A stretch of 64,000 bases of DNA from Tubulanus polymorphus (taxonomy: Eukaryota; Animalia; Nemertea). The stretch is taken from the NCBI RefSeq assembly GCF_964204645.1, contig NC_134025.1:11470001-11534000 (forward strand), written 5' to 3'. Below the pieces are notes generated by a model. The model was not told where the DNA came from. It ran no database searches and was given only the letters and a program-made list of their open reading frames with translations. Shown in pieces: positions 13,155 through 39,800 of this stretch. The stretch's first letter is position 1, and each line of letters starts with the position of its first letter. The position numbers and the translations under genes were made by a program.

Positions 13155-14882
13155 TCTTTTTCGTACGAACTAATTTGCGAATCTCGTATTCGCTGTCTTC
13201 TAAATAATTCTACTTTCCGTCGAACGTTATTCCGTCTATTTTACGTAACGAAGCCCGAATAAATGGAATATTCATATGTATGTGTGCATATGGCTTAACG
13301 ATATACGACGAATTAAGAAATCATTAATAATATATTGTGTACATGGTTCGGTATATAGCGGTTCAGTGGTCGTGTGTATGCGTGTATATATACGTATTGA
13401 TAGCGAGCGGTCCGCTGCGAAATATCGACGAATCCCAACTGCATCAGCATCAACGACAATGGCGGCCGCATTCGCACAATACTCTCGTCATCTCCTGAAT
13501 ATTGAATAAGTTCGTGATCGGATTCGGGCTGGTTGATAGTATTCGTTCGTATAGAATAGAAATGGCCTGTTCACGGTATTCGTTAGCGAGATGCTCGGTG
13601 TTCGTCATTACCGAATACGAGAGAATAAACCTAGTTGAATACGGCAACGTTAGTCTTAGAAATCGAGCACGTGCTGTGGTTCAATGAAGGGCAGTTCTTT
13701 TTCAAGAAAGAAAAGGGGGTTACTAATCTATTGATGACACAAAAAGAGGTTCTTTGAATACCTCCCCTATTCTGCACCTTGCTCAATGATGAATCTTTAT
13801 GAACTCTAATCATATGAAGGCAGTTATTTCTCATATTTTTTGCGTGTAAGCTACTGGGTTTTAATGGGGAGGTGCTCAGTGTTCAGGTGAATTAGTTCCA
13901 TGACTCCTACACTAGGAATTTTAGTCTTGCAAATAATTTGTTGATTGACACTATTTAGTATAGCCAAATCTCAGCCACGTCTACTGATATGTCAAGCTTT
14001 GTATGAATATTATAGGTTTTTTCGTTCGCTGTCTGTGAAAAGATGTATTTCTATTTTTCACCAAAGTTAAAAACATTCGTGACAAGTTATCCGACAGAAA
14101 TATTACAAATTTTCGAATGTCATTCGGCCTATTATCAATCGATGAATAACCACTTATTACGGATTGTGTTCGGTTAATGAGGCAATCGTGAGGACAGCTG
14201 GAAACGTTCCTATTGTTTCCGTTTGAAACCGTTTCAACGACATCATTTTTTTTTGTTTTTATCCGTGGTTTTAATGACAGGAATTAAGTTATCTGGTTAC
14301 TGAAAACTGGATTTCCATGTTGGTCAATGTTGACAAATTTGGATGATGTTTCAGTCCGTCAAGGCTTTCTATTCATGTCTGTACGCTATGCACGTAGATC
14401 AAGAGGGTACCCAATAGTAAAGTTCCTCTACCCAATCGTAAAGTTCCAGATACTTTCAAATACTTTTGTAAACAAATTATTCCCGCGTGTCTGATGGGTA
14501 TTCTTCCATAAACGTGAGTGAGAAAGAGAAGATAACCTTGTAAAAATTTAGAGCAAAAATATTTGTAAGGAGAGATGGCAGTTTACTATGGCAGTTGAAG
14601 ATTCTGACGAACTGATGTCTGTCAAACTTACCCGTGTCTAGCCGTCTGTCAGGATTGGACGGAATTTTTTTGCTTGGGAAGGGAAATTGTCCTTCAGCGC
14701 CCATTCAGGTGTATAAACACTTCGATTGATATAGATTACCTATATGGTAAACAGATATGTCACCAATGCATAAAATGTTTACATAGCATGTAGGGAACTT
14801 TGACTCGCCTAGAAAATATGTGTAGGCGGGCATCTCACGTGTGTTAATAGTTCATATTTCGACTCATATTGGAAATAGTACT

Positions 14883-15580
14883 TTAGTCGAGGCGAAATCC
14901 AAAAATGGATCCGTTTGAAATAAGTTCATGTTCAAATGTTTTAACTCTTTCTCGATCAAATGAACGGAACTGGACTGGTTCTTGAACTTGAACAGTTTCA
15001 AGTACATGACTTAGTACATGACTTAGTCTCAGGTTCGATGGACTTTTAAATCTAGAATAGTGAATGAAGATATTCGCATGTGAAAAATGCATGTTTTGTA
15101 GACCTGTTTCATATAAAATCTCATTCATGAATATCCCTGGGTTGTATTTAGTAAACCTCAATTACGCGAAGGTTGGTTGACGGCGCAAAGATAGATATAT
15201 TTCTCCTTTTTTTTATAATCCTCGTGGATCACTGCATGTCCCTTAGTCGAGGTGAAATCTAAAAATGGATACGTTTCGAGTACATTTTCAAGCATTTTAA
15301 CTCAGTCGGTCAAAAAAGCGAGACTGGGCAAGTTGAACTCGAACAGTCTGACTTATTGGGGGTCGGATTAGTCTCAGTTTCGACAGGCCTCTTGATCTCG
15401 AATAGTGAAGATTACTCGCACGCCAACAAATGTGTATTTTGTAGACCTATACAAATCTGATTCATGAATGTCTCCGGTTTTGTCCTAGAATACTTAGAAA
15501 ATATTTTGTTGGTTGACTACGCGAGGACATTTATGGTATTTCTTTTTTTTGTCTCTAATCCTTCCGGATCGCTGTGTGTG
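14883..15580 (+). repeat. Diverged tandem duplication, period about 360 bp
   Basis: ttagtcgagg.gaaatc.aaaaatggat.cgttt at 14883 and 15243; colinear downstream. Confidence 0.8.
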
Positions 15581-15779
15581 CCGCCTACACTGTTGGTTAC
15601 GTTAGTTCTCATTAATCGCATTAGCGGCCATTTTGAACACGATGCCTCATCGTTAATGCTTGATTCTTGTTTCCACTGCTGTCACGTTCGATTTGAAAAG
15701 CAAATATGATGATTTCGATGAAATTAAATCAAACGAAAGTCAACTTGACAAAATCATATTTACTGAGAATGCAATTACT

Positions 15780-16220
15780 GTGAATTTCGACATAGCCCAA
15801 CTAGGCTATAAGGTGTTTTTTTATGCTGTTGAAATCGTTACAATAATGTTTCTGTATTGGATACCGTATGAGTCGATGTGCACTTACCTCATCAATATTG
15901 GCGTTTCAAAACAGATGATTTGATAAGTTTTCATGTCTTTTTGATATTACGAATTTTGCATGGATGTGCCCTACATAAGGCTAGCCTTGTAAGACTGGTT
16001 GCCAGTCAATTCAATTCAATCATCGATGTATTCAAATTCAAAATAACTTAATTGTTCCTTAATATTACATTACATTATTCATTATCGATAACATTAAGCA
16101 ATATATGCGATATTTTTCTTCAAGGCGGGCATATACTTTAAGTTTAGTTTTCTTGTTTACTTTTGCATGTTTTAATTTCATTCCACTTAAATTCAATTTA
16201 AAAATCTAACCGTAATGCTA
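15780..16220 (+). repeat. Dispersed repeat family R, about 450 bp (other copies about 18080-18570, 20740-21130, 62230-62880)
   Basis: Shared core actggttgcc.gtcaattcaattcaat..tcgat.tattca and upstream gttacaataatgttt in four loci. Confidence 0.75.
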
Positions 16221-16595
16221 AATAAGCGATCACCTTGTTATCAGTGAACTGCAAATAAAATTCCTTACCTGATTATTTTTGGATAAAATCACATGAGCGT
16301 AATGGTGATGTAGCTAGGTCGAGCAAATATGATCAATACAGCAAATTTGACTAGTCTAATTCAACGCTTTTATACACACCCCCGTCATCAACTAGGTCCG
16401 CAAGTCTAGTATCTGATTAACAGATAGATTGGATAAGTGGTGCGAAGCATTTTTTCTAAAACTATGAATTGACACCCATTTCTATCATTGTTGGAATATT
16501 GGTCAGTTCTCAATACTCTTAGCCATGATGTATTCTTACAAAAAAAACTGAAATACTAGTTACTTTGAATTGACAGAATTGAGTCAGTGTGCCCT

Positions 16596-16704
16596 GGACA
16601 CAGGTTCACAAAAAGGATTAAGGCCTAAATCGATTTAAGATAAACTGAATTAACGAAGGAATTAAATCAACTTAAGAGTTTAACCTTTTTGTGAAACTGG
16701 GCCC
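16596..16704. mobile_element. CWG-flanked palindromic MITE
   Basis: ctg-GACACAGGTTCACAAAAAGG ... CCTTTTTGTGAAACTGGGCC-ctg. Confidence 0.65.
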
Positions 16705-16767
16705 TGGGCTAGTTTTCGAGCAATCATCAATGAGCAATCATTGAAATGATTGCTCGTAGGTTTTATA

Positions 16768-16855
16768 AGCCGCGATCACACGAGTATTTTTGGCCTGGCC
16801 AAATAGGCTCGGGCCTATTTGGCCAGGGCCTAATCATGTCCGTGTGATCGCGGCT
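16768..16855. mobile_element. Minimal 88-bp MITE family A copy, near-perfect hairpin, TSD ATA
   Basis: ata|AGCCGCGATCACACG...CGTGTGATCGCGGCT|ata. Confidence 0.85.
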
Positions 16856-17091
16856 ATAGACTGGGTAGCAAGTTTCTCAGCCATGAAATTCTGGATGAAT
16901 AATAAAACTAATGAAACTAGAGATTACAATAGTACCAATGATGTGAAAATCCGTCAAAGGACTGGTGAAATATTGATCATAAAACATTGATCACAGTTTT
17001 TATGAGTGAAACATGGTTCATGGAGTTAAGCAATTCTACAGAACCATCTTGGAACTAGTATGGAATCCCATATCAATATTGATAACATCTT

Positions 17092-17411
17092 CAGGGGCGG
17101 ATCTAGCCTAGGTTTCTGAGTAACTGCTCAGCTGTGGAAGGGCGCCTATGTCATAGAAAATTTTGAATTTTTAGGGCTCTGAGATGCAATCCGAGTCAAT
17201 TTTTGGCATCAAATCCTTCTCTGCATCCGCAAATTATAACATTTTGACCCTGTAAAGAAAGATCATTCACAAAAAAAAGAAGTTTACCCATTTTCGATTA
17301 CTCAAATTGACCTTTTTAATTGCTTCTACGAGAATTTGAAAAACGGAAGGACATTTCTACTATGGTGAGTGCCGCTCAAGCGGTAGTAGCGATGTGCTGG
17401 ATCTGCCCCGG
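17092..17411. mobile_element. MITE with CAGGGGCGGAT TIRs and 5-bp TSD ATCTT
   Basis: atctt|CAGGGGCGGATCTAG ... CTGGATCTGCCCCGG|atctt; related ends near 19379, 32410-32690, 58290-58345 and 63150-63340. Confidence 0.7.
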
Positions 17412-19926
17412 ATCTTTATCCAGAACAACTTTTTGAGGTTTTTTGGTCTACTTAACAAAAATAGTACTAATCTGATAGTCTCCCAATATACCGGTCACAT
17501 AGGTACGGAGGTTGAAGGATTAAGATCGTGGAGTTGAAGGATTATTTGATTATATCCAGCCGTCGTCTACCTGATAGCTAATGTTAAATATAAACCTCCT
17601 CGCTAAGTCAGATAGGTAAAGGTGTCAGTAAGGTTAAGGGTTAACTGTTAGATTTTCAATACGAATAATCAGTGAAGTGGGATTTTGATTCGGCTCTGCT
17701 GCAAATATCACATTACTTGGAATCTTAAACACCTTCCTACGTAGTTTCGGTAATATCTATGACAAGACTTGTTGATGTCAGCAGCAATCAGCTAAGAGTG
17801 TTGCGTAGACCTATCATTTCCAATGGGAGTGGCTGTTGCATTAGTGGTTTTCATGCTATAGAAATTATCACTTCTCTCCGTTCTTATTTTCGATCAGTGT
17901 AATGAACAGGATTGAAAATTGCTCTAGGACCGGTAAACCTCAAGTCAGGGACTTAGATCGGGACTTAGATCGTATACCATCAACTTAGAATCTTACGCTA
18001 TGAACACCATTTCTTCAAAAATTTTTCTCTACGACAACGCATGTATTTTGCCAAATAACCAAGGTAGTCTCTGGTTCTGGTCTGCCCTAAACAATTTTTG
18101 ACTGTTACAATAGTGTTTTGATAACTACTATCAAATATACATGTATTTTTGCTACTATGTGTTACTGTGTGAGTTCAAGTGCACTATGTCATCAATATTG
18201 TCGTTTGAAAATAAAGATTACAATTAGGCCTACAATTGTAAATTTTGGCATTCATTATTTTATTCGATATATTTCGTGATTCATATTTTCTATTTGATAA
18301 ATTCTCATGTCTTTTTGGTGATGAGTTTTGAGTGGACATGCCCTACATCGTTGATATTGGGGCAAGTCTTGTTGCGACAGAGACTGGTTGCTGGTCAATT
18401 CAATGCGATTGTCGAAATATTCAAATTTCAAATAGCTTTATTGATCCTTAATATTTAATTATATTATATTATATCGTCGATGATAATATCAATTGACAAG
18501 TTACGTTTTCGTTTCTTCAAGGCGTCACTAACTATCAAGTTGGTTTTCTTATTTTTTGAAATGTTCAATAGGCCTTTATTGCAAGTTTTCCAATACGAAT
18601 GTCTATCTACGTAGATCGATCGAGTTGTAAGAAGAAAAGCGGTTTCGATTTCTGTATCTTTCCGGGTTGAGGTTAACGACGTTAGGAAATTACAGCTTTT
18701 ATGAGATAAGCGGTATAACGTTTCCATGGTTACCGTGTATATTGTTTTGTAATTTTGTCGGATGAAATTTACCACGCGCGCCAGTTTTACAATTCATGGT
18801 TCATATGCAATGCATCGGGGGGGATATAAAGATATGAAAAGAGGAAAAGCATTTCTATGTGGTCAAATTTGTATAATTATTCATAGTTTCTAGGTCTATG
18901 AAAATCCCTCCTATGTAGCAATGATTGATAGTGACGAAAGTTTTTGCTAGAATTTAGGTTCTTTTGTATTCAAAAAGCGGGAAAATCATCGATGAATTTT
19001 TGATGTTTGAAATTTCTTTTTTGGACACCATTAAATATCGTGGATATTGTTATCCATCATCACTGTACCGATAGGTTATAGGATATGGGGTTGATGAAAG
19101 GATTTTGTTGGTTCGAAACCCACATCATCCAAAGAGATGGAAGCTGGATGCCGCACATTTATTCCTCAAAAGCATCTTACTCAGTATTTATACGGCGCGA
19201 AATTTCTGTAAGGCATCACCTGATTTGAGTAGAGTGAACTTAGGCGAAAAGTTGAAGAAACTTTTGGTTCTAGCTAAATGGTGATGCCACGCATTAATTG
19301 ATGATATTTTCCATCCTTTTGAAATCAGTGCGGAATTTGCGAGAATATTGTGCTTACTAAACGAGTTCATTCACTCGCCAGGGCCGGATCTAGGGAGGAT
19401 GTCAGGGTGTCCGCACCCCCCTCTCAAATTTGAAATGCCCTCAAAAATGTCACCCCAAAATTTTTTGGACCAAGGTTTTTCCGCCTATAATAATTTTGCA
19501 ATGACCGAAAGCACCCCCTAAAATGGTGTAGAAGTATCCGTAGTATGTGGCGTTTCGTAAAAAGTGCCCTTTTTCTCATTGTGTTTTCAAGATATCGTTT
19601 TTTTTTCAGCCGCCTTTGTTTTCTTGTATTTTCAATTTATTCTTATCGTGCTCTCCTGTCGTTTCAAACGGTATTTTAAATTACCAATTCGGCGTAAAAT
19701 CAACTGTACTATTAAGTTTCTCGTGCAACGCGAGCGAAATGTTCGTCCCAACATTGATTTACTGCAACGAACTTATTTCACTCTAAGTCAAATCATGCGA
19801 CTAAAACTGCCTATATGCGGTACTTAGTTATTTCTTGTGGCTTTTTATGTTAAAGACAAATTGAAAAAATTTCACGCTGGTGATTGCACAACAGAATCCC
19901 CTGATTGAGAATAGTGTACTACTTAA

Positions 19927-20434
19927 CAGTATTAAACACCGAATCTGCAATCACCTCCGTGCTTGCTAGGCCCGGTATTTAAGTGCGGTACTGAATAAGA
20001 TAGGTTTTGAATATGAACACTTGGTTTCGTAATGAAATCCTTTTATGAACAAATGCACAATATTGGAGAATAATTATACAAGGGCTGCACCAGGCTTATT
20101 GGCTTAAGTTATGCACGGACCTCATCCATATTATTAAAGTTCAATACAGGATTTAAAGGTTTGAACTTCACGGTATTAAACACTGAATCTGTATCCACGC
20201 TACAGCAGCGATCTGGATCCGGTGGAATCACCTCCGTGCTTGCTAGGCCCGGTTTTTAAGTACGGTACTGAATAAGCCGCGAATTGGTCTTCGATATGAA
20301 CACTTGGCGTAATGCTGAAATCATGGTATGAACAAATGCGCAATAATGGAGAATGATTTTATGAGGACTTCACACCAGGCTTATTGGCTTCAGTTATACA
20401 CGGACCTCTTCAATACAGGATTTGAAAGTTTGAA
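19927..20434 (+). repeat. Tandem duplication, units of about 240-265 bp
   Basis: gtattaaacac.gaatctg, aatcacctccgtgcttgctaggcccggt and caccaggcttattggctt each occur twice in order. Confidence 0.88.
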
Positions 20435-21773
20435 TAATGCACATTTTGCATTAAGGGTTAGAAAATAGTCAGAACTAATCTAATGCTGTGTGGATATAAT
20501 TATAGAGATGGTGATTCAGGGAAGAGAAGCATATCTGTATTTATGAAAAATAGAATTTTCTCTTGGATTTGTACATGTAAGTCATCGATGCAGCCACCAG
20601 ATATCGATTAGCTTTTACCATGGACGTATAAACTACGTCGCATGCTTCTACTTATTGGATGACTAGTCAGCAGTTAGGCAACGGTGCTCCGAATTGCAGT
20701 CATATAATGCAGTTATATTCCTTATGTCCTTATTGATTGTTTGACGCTGAAAAAACTGTTACGATAATGTTTGTATACACTGATACCTAGTATGCTTTAT
20801 ATGAGGGGTTCTGTCTTGAGTGGATCTGCACTACGTCATCACTATTGGCGTTTAAAAATAACAATTACGAATATGAATTTAGGCAATTAGATATATTTCA
20901 CAAGTCATATTTTATTTTTGATAGATTCTAATAATTATAATTTTGATCGCTATATCGGGGCTATACTGGTTGCCGGTCAATTCAATTCAATTGTCGATAT
21001 ATTCATTCAAATCCGAAATATCTTTATTAATCCTTATTATATAATTTATGTAAAACCATTCACTTTTCATTTCACATTATATGTGTTATTTTTGAAGGCA
21101 TCGATTAACTTCCTAGATATTTTCTTGTTTATAGTACTGTATTTGAAAGAAAACGTTTTAAGCCATTCAGTTAAAAACATCATTATCTTGGTAATGGATA
21201 TATTTTGCATAAAGGACTCTAAAAGTAGGTTGATATGGGGAATGTTAGGCAACTGGGTCACTTTATCCGATCTGCCAAATGGGTGGGTACTGTGAGGGCT
21301 GAATTAGTAAAGTTTACCGTGGCAATTTATTAGAAATTGTGAAAATGACCCTTGTGTGAACGGGGCTGTAATTATCAGTCATATTGTGTCATCTGCAATA
21401 GAAGAGAAGCATAATCAGATTTCAAATAATATCTATTACAAGTGTAGTTGTGAGGGCAAGTAATCTTCTTGTCCATATGATGATCAATCGATAATAATGG
21501 CTTTTCGAGGCGTTGCCCTTTTCTTCGCCTATATGTATGATGCAAACAATTGTTTTGGCTGTGGACTGGATGAACCACTAAGCGGCAGTGCTAAGTAGCT
21601 GAACACATGCATGCAAACATATATCGAATATTCCAAAGACTTTTCAGAATAGAAACAATGCAATCGTCAACAGCGGCGTGAATTTCAGATATGAGCTGTC
21701 TTGATTCCATTAACAGCAATGAGGTCCTCCGCTTTGTTACACTTCCATGTGAAACCAGCCTTCGCAACACCCG

Positions 21774-22016
21774 GGCCCAATTCCACAGTTGTGAGCTTAA
21801 ATCAGTTCATTTTCAATGAGTTAACTCCGCGTCAAATTTTAACTCTGCGGAACTGGATCCCAGCTCTCTTTTCATCTGGGGCCGGTTGCACAGTCGTGAC
21901 TTAAGTCCAAAAGTGGTCTTAAATTTTAAGACTGGTCTTAAGTTGGTAGATTGGCTTTAGAACTAAGTTGGTCTTTGACTGGTCTTAAGTCTAAGCCATC
22001 ACTATGCAACCAGCCC
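21774..22016. mobile_element. Two adjacent CWG-type MITEs (21774-21860 and 21879-22016)
   Basis: TIRs GGCCCAATTCCACAG / CTGCGGAACTGGATCC and GGGCCGGTTGCA / TGCAACCAGCCC; TSD CTG on the second; relatives near 31045-31110 and 31875-31921. Confidence 0.75.
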
Positions 22017-22915
22017 CTGTAGACTATCATCACCCTTAGCAGGTATTCGAACCTAATGGCATCGCTACACTCAGCCACGACACGAACCCCTGCCACACTA
22101 GACCGGGTGTGCAGGTTTGCCAGGCAAAAACTTGTGGCACCGATCAGATTGCCTATTGTATAATCGCTGAGACCAATTTCATGGAAGAACTATAAATGGG
22201 AAAACCCGGGCTCAATTAAAACAGGATATCAGCTGTTTGGCTTTACACAAATCCATTTCATTCGCAGCACAGCTTTCTTTTTTGTGTATGTTCAACTTTT
22301 TTAAGACATTTGTTGTAATTTTATTTTCTGTTCAGCCTCAATCATTTATATTATTATTTACTGAATAAATTTAGAATTGAATTGTTTGAGAGAGTGCATC
22401 CAACATAAATGCGACTACGACATTTCCAAATTCAATCATTCTCATTGCTTATCGTAGCAAATAATTGATAAATTCAGAGACATTCCCTAGGGGTGGTGCA
22501 GGCCAGAAGTTGTATCGAGTGTCGTTGTGGGTGGTAATTTCATATGTATACGTCATAAAATCATTGAATATGCATCAGGCCTATATGGAATATGCGTTAG
22601 AACAGCAGACTGTTAGCGAGAGTTTCATTAGCATCTCTGACACCGCGACAGATCTAGGTAATAGATTTGCATCATTATGCCGGTCCATTCACCAACATTC
22701 TAGGTTACTCGCAAAATCATTAAGTATATATTCACCAATTTATTTTGCTGTCGAATCTCTTGGCCAGTAAAACATCAAAAATACATAAAAAGGATCTTTC
22801 TCTTTATGTATTTCTGGTAACACGCATAGTTCATGATTATTTCAATGATCTTCATTAGGGTTTTTTGTTGAACGGATTAGAAAACCCGAATGTTAATGCT
22901 ATTGTTATTCCTTTG

Positions 22916-22916
<1 letters not shown>

Positions 22917-22950
<34 letters not shown>
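22917..22950 (+). repeat. (ATT)n microsatellite
   Basis: Directly visible. Confidence 0.9.
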
Positions 22951-23389
22951 CATCGTGATAACACATTTTTCTCTTTTCTGAACAATTTTTACTGAAAGTA
23001 GATATTCTTTCATTAGCGCTCGTTCCAGAAATATCCTAACAATCGTTTAGAACTATAGATACTCAGAAGAATCAATCATCCCATTGTTGAGCCATAATAT
23101 CATAAATTTGGTCGTACTGAATAGCCCGCCATTGTAGTGAATTATTGCACGTTCCTGCCATCATAGATAGATGGCAGCACCAATTTAATTCCGGATGATA
23201 GGTTAGGGCTAGACACTACGATCGGAAAAATCAATTCAATAAGGATTTATTGCTTCCAAGTAACAGAAAATAACGCTGGAAACCGGGTAAATTGCTGCTT
23301 TGCAGCTTTATTTGCATTAATTGTTTTATGTTTTGCTGTCTTTCAGGTAAAGGGTATCCAGTCGTAGGCTTCGACCCAACCCCGCCGAA

Positions 23390-36849
<13,460 letters not shown>

Positions 36850-39800
36850 ATTCAACCGGGCGACGTCACCATCGGCCATCTTGTCGTCAGCGTTGGCATT
36901 GAGGTCACGACGATACATACTTTACCGGCCTGTGCGTGTGTGCGTACGTTGAATTTTACGCCTACTTAATCAAACATGTGTATTATTTACAACACACAAA
37001 AGTCAAAACCGTGTAAAACCATAAAAATACCGTTTGTCTCATTCTTCTATGATAATCAAATATTACACACCAAAAAAAAAAGTAAATCATGTTGACTATG
37101 ATTTACTTACCTTCAACCCTTTGCCTACAGTCCGCTATTCGTTTTGCACCGACTTCTACACTGGCAGTGTAAAGGTTAAAACGCTATCGATGTCTATGAC
37201 TTTGAAAAATGGCAGTAGAGGGCTGTTGTCTTGCGAGATACTGTATTGTGGCATTCCCTGGTATTTGCGTTTGATGACGACAAGCCAAGGCAAGTAACAT
37301 CTTCCTGAAACCACCGACCGAAGACGCGACGCAATGATAGTATTTACGTACTCCAGTCAGTTGGATACCATGTTGAAAACGCAGTTTCAATTGTCACTAC
37401 CACGTCGGTTGTGCCCTTGAAGCCGAAGCCGCTATTGAGGTGCTCGTATATATTATCATGGTAATAAAACTAGGTTTTACCGCTTGCGAATGGTTATGCT
37501 TAGCGTTAAGTAATGATGCCTTCATTAAAGTCATTAGAAATTGAGAAGAAATTTCAAGCGAACACGCGGGCAAAGGGTTGACGGCGGCGTTCTTTTTGTC
37601 ATATGTTAAGTGCGTGTATCTGTAATGAGATTATCGATAATGTTGGTGATTACAAAAAAAGAAATCATGTAAACATTCTCTGGTAACTAATGTGGTAGTC
37701 GGTGAATGTATCTGTAATAATATGAATAATCGTCAATTAATTCATTGCCATTATTAATCTGATTCTAGTCAGGAGGATGATTGGAGAATCGCGTAATATA
37801 ATCGGAGATGATTATCGATGCGAAACGTGTATGCGTTAATATGTGTATGAAAATAAGGCCAGCACTAGCACTGGTGGCCTCTTTCTAATCTAATCAAACT
37901 ACTACTGGTTTTTTTTTCAGTAATTATTCAGTGCATTTCAAAAACTCTGTAGCGCCACTAATCTTTCGACTTGTTACGTAAACAAGATATTTGCAATCGC
38001 GTACAATGCAGTGGCGTTGGAAGTGCAGCGGCAACTGACTGAATGACGTTTTTCTTCTATCAATGCCACATTTTTGGCGAAAATCGAAGTAAATTCGCCA
38101 TGTCAACATTTAGAACGTGTCAAAAATTGGCAATCGGCCGCGGCAATGAAAAATTGCTTCCAACGCACCTGCAATGCAAAACGTCTTTAAAGCTACGTCT
38201 ACACAGAGAGTCAGGCTTATAGCAGCTGTATGTATATGTTCACGCGAAATGACTTTGACGAGGGAAACCTCTTATATCAATGCTGGCTATTACTAGAGGT
38301 TGGTGTATCTTTATGTTAACTCGAGTTTATCGACTCCGTGCAGATGTGGTTTATGTGAGACAGGTCGGGATGATTTTGAACGATTATGTTGAAAATTTCG
38401 GATCGAAAACCATCCGTAACATTTGAACTTTATTACTATGTTTTAATGCACTCCTCAGCGTACCTAAGAATACCTCCTTTTCTGAATTGCATTTCATCCT
38501 TAGTGTACCGCCAAGCTTTCCAGTTTAGCGGTGGGCATCTAAATTCTTGTGGATAGGTATTAACGCCTGTGAATATGCTGCTATTTGAATTTTTCAGTTA
38601 TTAGCATACGCAGCGCTTAAAATCCCGATCAGTTGAATCCGGATTTTGATCTAATCTTGATACTATTAAGAGTCCACTTATTGATAAGATAGAAATTTTG
38701 ATCTGGATTTCTCGCAAACTGGATTAATTTCACTGGACCCAAACAATCCGTATTGAGCGGACCATGGTTTCTCATTGTTACCGTGGAAATACAAATTGAC
38801 TTACGATTCAATCTGATTTCTGGGTTAAAGCATGGACTGCAAGGGACGTGGCACAAAAAAGTCACCTTCAATCTCGACAGCTACAGGATTTTGTGTTTGA
38901 GAGTCCTGGGTTAAAGTTAGTAACTGTCTATATATAAAACCAGTACTTGGTTTGTAGAATTTCTTCACACGTTTTCATAGGCGCTTAGGTGGTCTTGTTA
39001 CTTCAATGATTTGACCATTGTAAATTTACGAAAATCAAATGCATATCTATCGAGTTTAGGTATGACAAAACCAATCGATCAAAATTTCCTTCGAAAAACA
39101 TCTAGTTTGAAAACCGATGTATGTGAATAATAGTCATCGAACCAGAGTTACCAGTATTCTCTCCTTGTTAAAGGGGGAGTACTTTTTGAGGGGATTCAGG
39201 GATAGTAATATCTAGCCCATCGTTGAAGCAGTCTCGTTGTATGCCATGATGAAATAAATGCTCTCGTGAACAAACGAACGAAATGTTGAACAAATTTTCT
39301 GATGATAACCCACCTTCAAAACTAATAATGCTTAGAGAATTTCAGGTGATATGTATAAAGTATGATGAAGTTTGTTAATTTGGTATGGAAACGTGTCAAA
39401 GAAAATGTCAATTCGATAAGTTGATCACTGCAAGTTAAACTGAATAGCATGTTTTTTACAATCTGGACAAATGATATATGAAGTTGGCCTTTCCTTTTGT
39501 AGCCATTATATGGAAAACTTACTGTAATTTTTCCATGTAATGCCAACATGCCAGAATTGCCTCTACCACTTACAGCATTTTTCGAGAACATTACCCATGA
39601 TCTGAAGGGATATAGTTCATTTGCTCTTGAGATATGAAATTGAACATGCCTATTTCACTCAGATATACGCAGTGACCCCAGTAGAATTGACATTCCTCGC
39701 GACAACCGTAGAAAATATTCCACGATGTAAATATAGTGATAATACACGATTTTATTTTTTTTGCCACTACCGCCACCGCGAGCAAGACGCGTTTCAGCAA

